From NCBI GenBank assembly GCA_043228905.1, contig JBHGNT010000009.1, positions 9,548,001-9,612,000 on the forward strand: a stretch of 64,000 nucleotides of DNA, written 5' to 3'. Below are positions 11,701 through 26,700 of the stretch, piece after piece. The translations under genes and the position numbers were made by a program. The notes under the pieces are model-generated. The model did no database searches and had not been told where the DNA came from. It worked only from the letters and a program-made list of their open reading frames with translations. This DNA is from Azolla caroliniana (lineage: Eukaryota; Plantae; Polypodiophyta). The number at the start of each line of letters is the position of its first letter. Position 1 is the first letter of the stretch.

Positions 11701-14700
11701 TATTATAAATCCCAACTACCCCACATGGCAGCAAGGCGCCAGTAGGGTAATGTATTGTTTGGCAACATGTCTGCAAGATCACATGTTAAGCTCTTTTCGA
11801 GACACGAAAGCCCCGACAGATGTGTGGAAAAACTTGAAGAAGATTTTCACGGCTTCTACCACAGTGAGAAAACTTCAACTCTGACAGGAGTTGAACAATA
11901 TTCGGCAAGGGGATATGTCCGTGACGGACTATACCCTCCTGATCAAAGACTTATGCGATTCACTTGGCTCCATCAATGTTGCAGTTGATGATGACGAGAT
12001 GGTGCATATCTGCCTTAGCGGCCTCGCACAAAAATATGGCTCATTTCGAACTGCCATAACAAGGGAGAACCCCCCAAGCTTTTTCGACTTGCAATCCATG
12101 CTAATGGTTGAGGAGAACCATACACGGTCGAAAAGCACGACATCTGATGGGCAGATGCTATATACACATCATGATCTCGGTCGAGGTCACGGTCATGGTT
12201 GAGGACATCGGGGGAGGAATGGCCAAGGAAGAGGTGGACAAGGTCCACAACAGTTTAATCCCAAGCAGCAAGAAGGTCGAAACAACCGAGGCAATTCCGG
12301 CAAAAAGGGGAGCTTCCACCAGCCTGTATCAACCAAGCAGAACCAGCAAACCGAGTGTTGGTATTGTGGAAAGCTTGGCCACTTTGAAGCCAAGTGTCAG
12401 AAGAAGAAGAATGACTCAGCTGCCTCATCCCGGCAGCAAACAAACTATGCTGTGATGGCTGACCTAGAAAACAAAGGGCCAATGTTTGTTATGTGACACC
12501 AGGCAAATAGCATAATAACAAGTGTTTCCCAACCTGATGATGTCTGGTTCGTGGACTCAGGTGCCTCAAATCACATGACAAGTCAACAAGAATGGTTTAT
12601 GAATTTGAGGGAACCTGAGAGACCCGGCGTGGTGGAGACCGGTGATGACTCCACACACATGATTGAGCACATTGGAGATGTGGCCCTTAACAATCACGAC
12701 AACAAGGGCTACATGAAGGATGTACTGCATGTCCCAACAATCACAAAGAATTAGTCTCAGTTGGCCAAATTGTCAAGCAAGGAATGCAAGTACGATTCAA
12801 CCAGGAAGGTTGCTTCATCAAGGATATGGACCAACTTATCGCCCATGCAAGAAGAGAAGGTCACATGTTTATTCTTGATGCAACTGAGGCGAACACAACA
12901 ATGTATGCAAAGGAACTCAAGACTGTGACACAAAAGGGTTGGCCATGTAAACCTCGGTAAACTCCGATCAATGCAAACAAAAGGGACTGCGCATGGATTG
13001 TCACGATTTACTTCGAAACATCCTGATAATGTATGTGAGGCGTGCCAGCACGTCGGTTACGCACTTGAGCAAAAGGGTTATACGTGTTTTAACCCTATCA
13101 CTCGACAGTCACGAGTAAGCCGAGATGTGGTATTTGATGAGGTGACATCATGGTATGGCTCAGCATTAGTAACCCCCGTTGTGTTCGAAACAAGCAGATC
13201 TGGAGCAGATTCTGAGAGTGAAGAAGAAGAGATGCTGACGACCATTATGGGTGGAGAACCAGCAGAGAGACTGCCTGCACTGCAGTTAACTGGACCTGAG
13301 GTGCGTCCAGCAATCAGAGTCTTGCACAGCATGAAGAAACCTCTGATGTGGTGTCACCTTGGTGCTACAACCGCAAAAAGAAAAAAAAGGGCAAGACGCC
13401 AAGGACACGACATTCGCTGAAGACTCAGATCATTCACCCCGATCAGTCGACAGCAAGTAAGAGAAGAAGGCCCCAGAGGTGACCAAAGGAAAACTCCGTC
13501 AATCTAACTGACAAAAGAACCTGATAGTTGGATATGGGTACAATGAGTACATGGCACACCACTATGCATTCATGATGAAGGTCGTACCAGACAAAGAACC
13601 CGAGACTTACAAAGAAGCTACCCAAGATCCCCGTTGGATTGAGGCAATGAGGGAGGAGATGCGCGCTTTGTTTGACAACGATACTTGAGATTTAGTCCCA
13701 TCCTCTAAAATGAAGAAAAAGCCAATTGGTTGCCGCTGGGTGTTCAAGATAAAGCATAATATGGATGGCACGGTCAATCAGTTCAAGGCTCGGCTAGTCA
13801 CCATAGCGTATGCTCAAACTCATGGCAAAGACTATGAGGAAACATTTGCCCCGGTGGCAAAAATGACCATCGTGAGGACAGTACTTGCACTCGCAGCAGC
13901 GAAAGAGTGGCACTTGCATCAAATAGATGTGAAGAACACATTCCTCCAAGGTGAGCTCGAGGAGGAAGTTTACATGTTGCAACAACCTGGCTTCGAATCG
14001 AGCAAACATCCACATGCAGTTTGCCGATTGAAGAAGCCATTGTATGGACTGAAGCAAGCCCCAAGAGCATGGCATTCAAAGATCACATCATATCTTTATG
14101 ACATTGCCTTCCGGATGTCAAAATCTGATAACTCATATATCCGGAACAATTCCAAAAGCCCGTCTTCTTAATCTTGTATGTTGATGACCTTGTCATTGGT
14201 GGAGAAAGCCTCACTGAGACACAAAAGATTAAAAACCTGCTTTTAGAGAAGTTTGAGATGAAGGATCTGAATGACTTACATTATTTTCTCGGCATCGAGG
14301 TCATTCAAACTCCACAAGGGTTCCTACTCTCACAACAACACTATGTGTTGAACTTGCTCTACAAGTTCGGAATGACCAAGTGTAAGTCCATCTCGACACC
14401 CCTTGATCGAAATATGAAGCTAACTACAGATTCTGGCAAATTCTGCGAGCCGACAAAGTATCGCAAAATAATCAGGAGGCTTATGTACTTAACCATCACC
14501 TGACTAAACCTCAGCTATCCGATCGGGCTTCTTAGCCAATTCATGCAAACCCCCCACGACACTCACATGGATTGTGCTAAGCGAGTGTTAGGTTATGTTA
14601 GTGGAACACTTGATTATGGTATCTTCTATAAGCATGGAGTACCACTTCGACTCGAAGGCTTCACGGATGTTGATTGGGCGGGCAATGCATCTGATAGGCG

Positions 14701-17700
14701 AACCAGTTCGGGATTTATGTTTTCATTCGATAGTGGAGCAATCTCTTGGAGCAACAAGAAACAACCAACAGATGTTGATTGGGCGGGCAATGCATCTAAT
14801 AGGCGATCCACTTTGGGATTTATGTTTTCATTCAGTAGTGGGGCAATCTCTTGGAGCAACAAGAAACAACCAACGGATGTTGTTTGGGCGGGCAATGCAT
14901 CTGATAGGCGATCCACTTCGGGATTTATGTTTTCATTCAGTAGTGGGGCAATCTCTTGGACGAACAGTCGCTCTATCGAGCACTGAGGCGGAGTATCGGG
15001 CCGCAGTTGTAGCTGCTTGTGAAGCTGTATGGCTTAAAAGACTGCTGAAATACTTCAATGAATTGGTGAACAAGCCAATATTGATTCACTGCGATAATCT
15101 CAGCAGCATCCAGCTCGTGTTTCACGTCCGGATTAAGCACATCGAGGTGCATTTTCATTACATCCGTGAGCGCATATTGGCCGGCGACATTGCCCTCCAA
15201 TACATTGGCATGAACGTGCAAGTGGCTGATATTTTCACTAAGGCGCTAGGTCTCGACAAGCTACGGCAATTCTCAGTGGATCTAGGCCTTAGACCCCTCG
15301 ATATGCTGAGCTTGGGGGGAGCACAAGTACAAAGACGGAGGAAAACATGGAGAAACAGCACCATAAAAGAGGAAGAGTGACACCGACATTGGCAAAGTAA
15401 GGCCGACACATCTAATCCGACTTGACCCGGCAAGTTAGAGGAAGACTTTCCAAAGCCCGGCATTTTTGAAGTTAGAGATAAACCCGACCTTGTTGGCACC
15501 CTTGACAAGCTCGAAATTTTGGATCGTCCAGCTAGACCTTGCTAGATCAAGATCGAGTACATAGGAACAATGGGAAAACCACGGTCTAGTAGTTCGACCA
15601 ACTGCAGTCAAGTCTTCAACTACACCAAGACAACTAAGCTTAAGAGGACACACAATTGACCTTGAGGGAACGTGCTGAGAATGAAGCTCAACTTGTGTGA
15701 ACATGTGCTTATGAAGAAAAGGACGATGTGTGAAAAAGTGTGAGCTCTCTTTATTGTAATCCGTGTGGTTGTCAAGTGTGAATGTGGTCAAAGAATGTCA
15801 GATATTCTTATGACAAAATCGTACTCAAGTGGATATCTTGGTGGTAGTTCCTTGAGGACTTGTATATAAAACCCATTTGAACCATTGTGTTTAGTTGATA
15901 ATCTTTAGTTAATTTAAACAGCTCTCTTCAGTGCATAAGCTGTCATCCCCGTACTATGTATTTTCTTATTCTTTTCTGGTTATTCTCTTTGATTTCTTCT
16001 CTTGCTTATACACTCACTCTCTCACACAAACATAACGCTTCTGAATACTCAACTCTACCAGAGTTAGATTCTTTACAAAAAGTTTCAATGAACAAGACCA
16101 AAACAGTGGCAGATTTTAATTTCTCGGCCTATTAAGGTATAAAATTTCTAGAGTGTCAAACGATTGGAGCTTACCCCTGGTACATAAAAGCTCGCAGTGC
16201 TTTGTTAATTGAATTTGCAAGTCCAGAGAAGGTTAGGGTGTAATTGCTTCCATCAAATCTTGGATTGATTGCTTTGATATCTTCCCAATTCTGAGACATC
16301 TTCTCTGACGGGTACAAGTACCCATGTTGAGCCTTTAGTTCCATAGTCACAATTGATAGTGGTTTTGAGTAGCTTAGTTGAATTTGCTGCAATGAACTGT
16401 CATATGAAGAGGTTTAAAATTCTAAGAAAATAGCATAGCTATGTTCTAATGCCGCATCAAAAACTGAAAGAAATGCACATCAATGCAGAATTATGTTCTC
16501 CAAACATTGAAAACACCTACTCGTCTTTATATATATGAAGGTATTCAGTGATACCAAGGCCACGGGCATATCTCACTAGATCAGAGTTAACTGGAGGTGT
16601 CTTTTCTGCTTCAGGACATCCCAAACAGATAGCTTCCGAGGACAATACACCAATGAACAAATTTTACATATCTTTACCTTCTTAAAAGTACGGCTGAAGA
16701 GCCAATATAAAGTACATTTGAGTATAATTCTAAGGTAAATTATCAATTCTATCTATAGTCTGGGTCTCATAGGCCATCATTGACTGGTTTTGATATAGAT
16801 CATTTGTACAATACTGGGCTGAACATGCTTCTGTTCTTTGTAGACATAAACAGGAGGCAATACTCGGGAAACTATTTTATCATGAAGGTTCTTTTATATG
16901 ATGATTTAGAAATTGCTAGAGTTATAGTGTTAAAAAATTTCAAACTATGAAACTGTTAGGTGATATACATGCTTGCATGATTTTATGAGAAAACACTATT
17001 GATACTGAGTTGATGACATTAAATAATTTAAAGATGATAAATAAGCCAGCTCAATCTTTTCTTAAAATCTTAAACTCCAGAAGTGGAACATACAATTTTC
17101 AATTTCATATTTGGGCCTTCTTTTTTTATAAGAAATACCTTCCAAACATGTATGGAATTCCTTCAAAAGTAAGGATTAAGTATGGATGGCTTGTAATCTT
17201 TGGAACATTATATAAATCTACACATGTAAAACTGAGTGAAAAATCTTAAAAAAATAACCGAAGTAAGAATTATTACATGTGTCATTGTTCGAACAGAGAA
17301 AAAACCTAAGTTATTTGTTACATAGCCTATGCTATTTGCCATGCAGTATGAATGTGCCTTCACTATTCTCCTTTCTAGATCATCATTTCAAAATTCACGC
17401 ATAGAACATGCCACACTATTTCCCTCGTACTGAATCCCAGGATCCAGCTCCATATCAGACACATACAAATATTATAAATTTAAATGAAATACCTGCACCA
17501 ATAGTAACATGAAAAGGACTGCCATAAATATGCTTCCCCTGACTTTGTATCGATAGCATGTAAAAGCCAGTTTGAGATAGAATATATACTCCCTTGTAAG
17601 AGCCATTCGAAACCCACACTAACGGCACTGTTGTGTCCACATTTTTCCCAGATATTCTCATATAAAAAATCGAGTGATTACCATTCACGTCTGCATCATT

Positions 17701-20700
17701 AATAGCTAGGTTCTGAAATCTGTCTCGGGCCTGTACAGTAACATTTTGTGGGCTATCCGCTATGCCTCCAAATAATCCATTTCCATAAGCAACACAAGAT
17801 GGGACATCTATAGGTCCTGCATTGACCAGAAAACACACTTATATAAGTGAACTGATCAACAATTCACCAGAAAAAAACATGTCTTAGATATGCCGATACT
17901 GTTTTGTTTTTCCTAGAGTACTATCTGGTTAATTGATAGCTGTGAAGATGAGCAGGGATCCAAAAATTCTGAATTCTAGATATCTCAATACAACAAAACC
18001 ACAAACAAAATTGAAGAACTAACAAGTATGAATATGCAGCTTCAGTTAGAAGTTCTTATGCCACCGATGTCATTGAATGCTGTATCTCTTGGTTTGTAAT
18101 GCGATCTAATGCATGTAAAACTAGCCATATGGTGTTGTTAAACTCATGAAATTTGCTAAATGGGTCCGTCTAGATACTTAGTGTATTAGAATGATCGAAA
18201 GATATATTAACATCTTTTAAGAGGCTGATGACACCAAGTGAGAAAATACATCTTAAAATGGTGTCTCGTCTTTAAGAAGAGCAAACCAAAAAATAAAGTT
18301 AAAGATTTGAATCTATATTTCACTTGTGATCATGGAACTATGAATAATTGAAAGTTTTACCAGGAATAACAGAAAACTGATAAGGATTGTCTTTTATTGG
18401 CGACCCAAAAAGTCTGATTATTAGGGTATATGATCCTGATACATAAACTGTAAACATGGTTGTATATGTCCCATTTAAGTGGTCTACAAATGAGTAATTG
18501 AGAGGCCTTTCTGAGACTCTTGGTCTTAGATCCAGTGTGAACTTCAATTTCCTTGGAGATTTAAAATAGTCTCCAAGGAAATCATGACAGTGAACGATCG
18601 TTGATTCTCTTTCTCCTGCTACCACCACCGGCTTCTGCACTTCTGCAATGCAGTCATCCGGTTTTAGGGCCCCTGTAATACAAGTACATAAGAAATCTTC
18701 TCCATTTTCATGTTTAAGGAACAGAATTTAAAATTTGTCTTTTCAGCTTCAAATTACCGTATAATGGAAAGAGTCGATACTCTATTTAAACTTAATGTAT
18801 AAATAGAATATGGCTGATAATGAGGGATCCACCATTTTCAAGCAAACTTGCCTTGTAGGCTCTATCAAGATTATCTACTTCAACCCTTATGGAGTAATCT
18901 TCGCTTTCTTACGCAATGCATACGAATCTAATTATATCAAGTCAATAGTTGGGAGCATACTGTAAAGAATATAACTCTCATAGAGTTGGAGTATGCAGAA
19001 GGGTAGTGCGTGTGTGAGCAAGAAAGAAAGAAAGAAGGAAAGATATATTAACGTCTTTTAAGAGGCCAAACTAGCCTATAAGACCAAACAAGAAGAAAGA
19101 AAGAAAGAAAGATATATTAACGTTTTTTAAGAGGCTAAAATGGCTGGCCTATAAGACCAAATAAGAGATTACATCTTGAGTGTTGTCTCGTCTTTGAGAA
19201 CAAATCAAAATAAAATAAATATTACACAGTAAATATAAAAGTAAATAAGATGAAAAGAGAAGAAACAAGGGAATCTGGTTTTTTGGCACATGTGAGATTA
19301 TCAAGTTAGGTATATTGTAGCTTGTCTTTGCAAAATCTCTACAATAGGTCGATCCAACATGGAAATGTCTCCGAAGCAAAGGAAGCACCTACGATGGCAG
19401 GACATACTGGATTTTATCTGTCAATGACAAGGGTGTTGAGGTCGTGGTCCATGGGGCCGGGGCCTAAGTGCACGGCAAATTGCTATTTCCCGATCAATTG
19501 TAACCCCTTTGTTATGTCCTGGTCTGGAGCCCATTTGTGTATCCCGTGATGGACTTGTAGCATTAGTTGGAGTGATGGGGCTAAAGAAAGTTGTGATTGT
19601 TCTTTGTGGATGAGCTTGTGTGGCTGTATTCTTCAACAACTTTTCCCAATGTCTCTTAAGCTCTAGCCAGAAAAATCCTAGGCATCATTAGTTCTCATAT
19701 TCCATTACCTTGTGTAGTGGGTCAAAGCCTTGTTTAAAGAGGCAATTGTATCTCCCTCTAATTTCATAAAAGACACTACAATGACAAACATAGTGTTCTT
19801 CAGATTCCACTCCTTGATGACACAATTGGCCAATTCTATCTTCTAGAGGTAGTCATGTATATCTGCCTACCTCAATCTGTAGCTGATGTGATAAAGTTCG
19901 CAACTGCCCTATCACACTACGCAGCGCATAGGATAGATGTATGTCCATATAAGGTGGCTTGATGATGAATCCATCCTCCGATGTATGTTAGAAAGGCGTC
20001 TTATAGTGGGCCATCTTTGTACCGAGTGGTATTTTGGGCTGATCCATGTTATTTTGTTTCCAAGTTAATAATATCAGTTCGGATCACTCTATTCTTTCCC
20101 ACTTTGGTCATATTTAGGTGGGGACAGTCCAAGCTATATTGGAACGGCTACTGCATTTATACTCATGCCATGTGACTCAAACCATTGCTGCATTTCAGCA
20201 TACCAACAATGAGTGTCTCCATTTTCAGCCAGTTGTCTTGATGACATAAGTGCCAACCTTGGGTACCTTCATTTAGGGAGATCCCAAAGACGTTGGATAA
20301 ATGTCACTGATAGGAACAACACCTTAGTTATTATAGGTGTTACTCCCATCTCTGCCCAGATTATATCGTGGGGCACCAATGCTTTGCTCCTTATCATGCG
20401 AGCAATCATTGACACTAAAGGTCCCTCTAAATCTTTCCAATGATTTGCCTTGTTAAGACTTGGTCCCCATGTCTCTACTCCATAGAGAAGAGTTGGTGTG
20501 ACAAGTGTATCAAATAACCATAGCTTAGTCCATGACTCTTGGAACTACAAATGTGCACATTGTCTCTCGAGAGCACCAAGGGCTGCATATGCACGAGAAA
20601 GTCGGGCACAAGCGGCCTCCTGTAAGGAGAACCTAGGTCCTGTGAATGATGCTCCTAAGTATGTGTAGGAGCGTGTGTATTCCACCTTTTCCTCTCCCAA

Positions 20701-23700
20701 GAAGAATTCTGGTTCTGATCTTGTTAGCCATGCTTGGGTGGTGGTAAACACCATCACTTTAGTTTTATTCATGTTGATTGACAAACCTTTGTCCGTACAA
20801 AATAGTTTTAAGGCATTTAAATGTCTTTGTAGTCCCTCCGGAGAGTCAGAAATCAGCAAGAGAAGGAATTAGATAAAAGAACCAGAAATAATAAAATACA
20901 CAGTAGGGGGATCACAATCTACTTTTTTGCGTAGCTAGATAGTTCACATGGATTTACAATAAAGTGTGCTCACACGCTTTTTCACACATTGTGCTATTCT
21001 TCATAAGCATATGTTCACACAAGTTGAGCTTGATTCTCAACACATATTAGCTTGTTACCCACAATACCTTTACAAAGTAGCTCATTATTGTGTGAAATCC
21101 GTTTACAATAATATTTATTCTCCATTTTCACTAAACCTCTTTGGATTACCTTGTTCAAGGGCCATGTTACCTGGATTCTTCAACAAACCGACTACTTTGG
21201 GAGGAGAGTGTTTCCTTTAAAGTTTGTATGTAGTATGGAGCTTGGGATACCAAGGGGATTATTGACCCAAGCATTCAGCCTAAAGAGACACCACATCTCC
21301 CCTTCATGCACAAACTCAAAGGCCAAGGATCGTCTTCCTTGACGATATGCAACTCTGACCATGTTTGAATGATTCATAGGATATACTTCGAATGGACTCT
21401 TACCATCGAATGGCTATTTGACACCATGCTCACCATGCCCCATGTATGGTGCAGACATATGGGCCCAAGACCATAAGTCAGAAATAAAGCCTCCACTAGT
21501 CATGTTATTAGGACGATGTAGTACAGCCTCCACACCACATGCGATAATCTGAGCTGAATTAGCCGCACCACCAATGATGGTAGAGGCATTTTTCCAAACA
21601 ATGAACTGCATCAACCATTTGCAAACTATACTATCATAAAAAATTACAAGCAAGGTAGAGAGAATCTGGTACTCACAAGTGATGAAGAGGTTCGATAATA
21701 ATGGCCGCGAGATTTGAGAACTTTCCACCTTTTTGATACCTTATACCTCTTCAAAATGATGGAAGGAACAAGATATTGCAGTGAGGCCCATGGCAACAAT
21801 ATACTCAAAAGACTTGCATTGCACTAAAGAAAAAGGCTCATTGCAAATACCATTTCATTAACTTCTCATGGATACATTCACTGTTGGTATGCTGAAATGC
21901 AGCAATGGTTTGAGTCAAATGGCATGAATGTAAATGCACTACCCAATTCCAATATAGCTTGGATTGTTCCCATCTAAACATGACCAATGTGGAAAAGATA
22001 ACATGGATCAGCCCTAAAATATCACTTGGTACAAAGATGGCCCACAATAAGACACTTCTTACACACATTGGAGGATGGATTCATCATCAGGCCACCTTAT
22101 ATGGATATACATCTAGGGCAGCTGCAAACTTCATCACATCAGTTAGAGCTTGAGGTAGGTAGATAATACACGAATACCTCTAGAAGAAAGAATTTGCCAA
22201 TTGTGTCATTAGGGAGTGGAATTCGAACAACTCTATGGTTGTCATTGTAGTGTCTTTTATAAAATTAAAGGGAGATACCATTGCCTTTTTCAACAAGGCT
22301 TTGGTTCACAGATGAAGGACCCAGCTAACGCATTAAACACTCTACCTGGGGAGTACAGTCACAAGACTGAAACTCAAAGGAATTGACGGGGGGCTGCACA
22401 AGCGGTGGAGCATGTGGTTTCATTCGATACAACGCGCAAAACATTACCAACCCTTGACATATGAACCGGTGTGCTTGTCCATCGGGATGAAACGAAAATT
22501 CATACAAGTGATGCATGGCTGTCATCAGCTCATATCGTGAGAGGTTTTTGATTTCAGAAAAGACAATACAATGACAGACATAGTATTCTTCGGATTCCAC
22601 TCCTTGATGACACAATTGGCAAATTCTTTCTTCGAGGGGTATTTGTGTATATCTACCTACCTCAATCTGTAACTACGGTCGATGACAAGGGTACTAAGGT
22701 TATCGTCCATGGGACCAGGGCCTATGTGCACGGTCAATTGTTACCACCTGATCTATTGTAACACCTTTGTTATGTCATGGTCAGGAGCCCATGTAAAGAA
22801 TCTAACTCTAGTGGAGTTGAGTATTCAGAAGCGTAGTGGGTGTGTGTGAGAGTGGGTGTATAAGTAAGAGATGGAATAGGGGGATGACAGCTTATGCACT
22901 GAAGAGTGCTATATTAATTAACTAAACATCATCAACAAAATAGAATGGGCAAAGGGGGTTTATATACAAGTCCTCAAGGGACTGCTATATTAAATGTGTT
23001 GGAGGAATCTAACCAAGATATCCACTTGAGTACGATTTTGCAATAAGAATATCTAATATTCTTTGACCACATTAACACTCGACAATTACACGGATTACAA
23101 TAAAGTGTGCTCACAGACTTTTTCACACACCGTCCTTTTCTTCATAAGCACATATTTACACAAGTTAAGCTTGATTCTCAACACACCCCCTCAAGGTCAA
23201 TTGTGTGTCCTCTTAAGCTTGGTTGTCTTGGTGTAGTTGCAGACCCGACTGCAGTTGGTCGAACTACTAGACCATGGTTTTCCCATTGTTCCTATGTACT
23301 CGATCTTGATCTAGCAATGTTGATCTTGCTGATCCAAAATTTCGAGCTTATCAATGGTGCCGACAAGGTCGGGTTTATCTGTAACTTCAAAATTTTCCAG
23401 GCTTTGGAGAGTCTTCCTCTAACTTGCCGGGTCAACTCGGATTAGATGTGTCGGCCTTACTTTGCCGATGCCGGTCTCACTCTTCCTCTTGTATGGTGCT
23501 GATTCTCCATGTTTTCCTTCATCCTTGTACTTCTACTCCCCCCCAAGATCAGCATATCCAGTGGTCTAAGGCCTACATTCACGGAGAATTTCCATAGATT
23601 GTCAAGACCTAGCGCCTTAGTGAAAATATCAGCCACTTGCACGTTGGTGCCAACGTATTAGAGGTCAATGTTGCCGGCCAATATGCACTCACACGGATGT

Positions 23701-26700
23701 AATGATAGTGCACCTCGATGTGCTTAGTCCGGGCATGAAACACCGGATTCTTTGCGAGCTAGATGTTGATATTATCGCAATGGATCAGTATTGGCTTGTT
23801 CATCAATTCGTTGAAGTCTTTCAGCAGTCTTTTAAGCCATACAGCTTTGCAAGCAGCTACAGCTGCGGCCCTATACTCCGCCTCAGTGCTCGCTAGAGCG
23901 ACTGTTGGTTGTTTCTTGTTGCTCCAAGAGATTGCTCCACTATCGAATGAAAACATAAATCCCGAAGTGGATCGCCTATCATATGCATTGCCCGCCCAAT
24001 CAGCATCCGTGAAGCCTTCGAGTCGAAGTGGTACTCCACGCTATTAGAAGATACCATAATCAAGTGTTCCACTAATATAACATAACAATCACTTAGCACA
24101 ATCCAAGTGAGTGTCGCGGGGGGTTTGAATGAACTGAATAACAAAACCGACTGGATAGTTGAGGTCTGCTCGGGTGATAGTTAAGTAGATAAGACTTCCG
24201 ATTATTTTGCGATACTGCGCCGGCTCACAGAATTTACTAGAATCTGTAGTTAGCTTCATATTTCGATCAAGGGGTGTCGAGATGGACTTACACTCGGTCA
24301 TTCCGAACTTGTAAAGCAAGTTCAACACATAGTGTCGTTGTGAAAGTAGGAACCCTTTTGGAGTTTGAATGACCTCGATGCCGAGAAAATAATGTAAGTC
24401 ACTCAGATCCTTCATCTCAAACTTCTCTAAAAGCAAGTTTTTAATCGTGTCTCAGTGAGGCTTTCTCCACCAATGACAAGGTCATCGACATACAAGATAA
24501 GAAGACGGACGGGGTTTTTGTGATTGTTCCAGATATATAACGAGTAATCAGATTTTGACATACGGAAGCCAATGTCGTGAAGTTATGATGTGATCTTTGA
24601 ATGCCATGCTCTTGGGGCTTGCTTCAGTCCATAGAGCAGCTTCTTGAATCGGCAAACTCCATGTGGATGTTTGCTCAATTCGAAGCCAGGTGGTTGTATC
24701 ATGTAAACTTCCTCCTCAAGCTCACCTTGGAGGAATGCGTTCTTCACATCCATTTGATGCAAGTGCCACCCTTTCGCTGCTGCCATTTGACCATGCCATC
24801 CGTATTATGCTTTATCTTGAACACCCACTGGCAACCAATTGGCTTTTCTTCATTTCAAAGGATGGGATTAAATCCCAAGTATCGTTGTCAAACAAAGCGC
24901 ACATCTCCTCCCTCATTGCCTCAATCCAACGGGGATCTTGGGCAGCTTCTTTGTAAGTCTCAGGTTCTTTGTTTGCTGCGACCTTCATCATGAATGCATA
25001 GTGGTGGGCCATGAACACATTGTACCCGAACCTAACTATCAGGTTCTTTTGTCGGTTCGATTGACGGATTTTTCCTTTGGTCACCTCCAGGGCCTTCTTC
25101 ATTTCATACTTGCTGTCGACCAATCGGGGTGAATGATATGAGTCTTCATCAGATGTCGTGTCCTTGGCCTCTTGATCAGGCATCTTGCCGTTTTTTTTCT
25201 TTCTACAGGTGTAGCACCAAGGTGACACCACATCGGAGGGACACCACATCAGAGGTTTCTTCATGCCGTGCAAGACTCTGATTGCTGCACAACACCTCAG
25301 GTCCAGTCAGCTGGATTGCAGGCAGACTCTTTGCTGGTTCTCCACCCATAATGGTCGTCAGCATCTCTTCTTCTTCACTCTCAGAATCTGCTCCAGACTT
25401 GCTTGTTTTGAACACGACGGGGGTCACTGATGCCGGGCCATACCATGATGTCACCATATCAATTACCGGGATTTATAATATCGGGGGCTGTTTCTTGAGC
25501 TCCCTCGATATAACTCCAATACCCTTGCCCAACTAAGTACTGTTGCATCTTATATTCCCAAGATGCGTAGTTGTGCCTGTCCAACTTCTTTGTCGGAAAT
25601 GCGCTACCCATTTGTGCATTCATCTTTCTGATTTAGCTTGATTCGTATGCTCCTATTAACATGAGCCTCTTGCCGTGCAACACTATAGCAACGACAGCCG
25701 ACACATGGGTCATGCCAACACCAAATCATGGAGATCATTGCTTGCCATGTCTAATCCACACCAGGACACCGAAATCACTTGATGAAGTTCTTCATATCCT
25801 CACTTTGCCGCAATAACCAACCTCAGATACAATATCCCCGAACAACTACTCAACCCACACATGTTAGTTATCCACTTCACGCTTGTAAACTATCTCCAAA
25901 ATCATTCCACCAGATGCAAAGATATCATTATCATGAATCTTCAAGAAACATACAACTTTTACTTTTGTTTCAATATGGATAACATGAATTCACCTGTATT
26001 TATAATCATGATTTTTTTCATAGGAGATTTTGGCCTCCTCTAAGAAACAGTAATATGTCTTTCTTTCTTTTAGGGTGTAGGGTTTAGGGTTTAGGATCGA
26101 CCTATGCTAGAGATCTTTCGAAGACAAAAGCTACAATATACCTAACTTGAGAATCTCACATGTGCCAAAAACCAGATTCCCTCGTTTCTTCTCTTTTCAT
26201 CTTATTTACTTTTATATTTACTGTGTAATATTTATTTTATTTTAATTTGTTATCAAAGACGAGAAAACACTCAAGATGTAATCTCTTATTTGTTCTTATA
26301 GGCCATTTTGGCCTCTTAAAAGACGTTAATATATCTTTCTTTCTTTTAATCAAAAGGGAGCAATCATATCTTTCTTTAGCCACTTCACTCCTCATGCTAC
26401 AAGGAAATCAAGAACACAAGTGGAACCTCAACCAAGACACTCATAAGGGATAACAAAAGATCAAGCAATAGCAATGTGCTATGCATGTAGGCCATGACCA
26501 TCTGGAGCGCAACCTCATCAACCTTGTCACCCAACACCAAAGGTGGTTCCCTCGCTTCAGGGATCTTTCCTTCCTGGAGCAACCCAGTTGGAGCTTTTTT
26601 TTGAGAAAATTTGTTTTTGTTCTATCTCAGCTAAGAATTGTAAGCTCTTAGATATCCAAGCAATGTTTCTTCAAGCAAGGTCTTGGTTCACTACGTGAGG

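Noticed and set aside
14666-14960. CRISPR-like array
   Set aside because: Head-to-tail coding duplication without spacers, in a eukaryotic context
21042-21870. Possible CACTA transposase or gene fragment in intron 15
   Set aside because: Only a weak GY..CP-like resemblance, with stops in all frames examined; left unassigned
22323-22542. Functional rRNA gene or bacterial contamination
   Set aside because: Only 220 bp, mutated at conserved positions, and embedded in a nuclear intron
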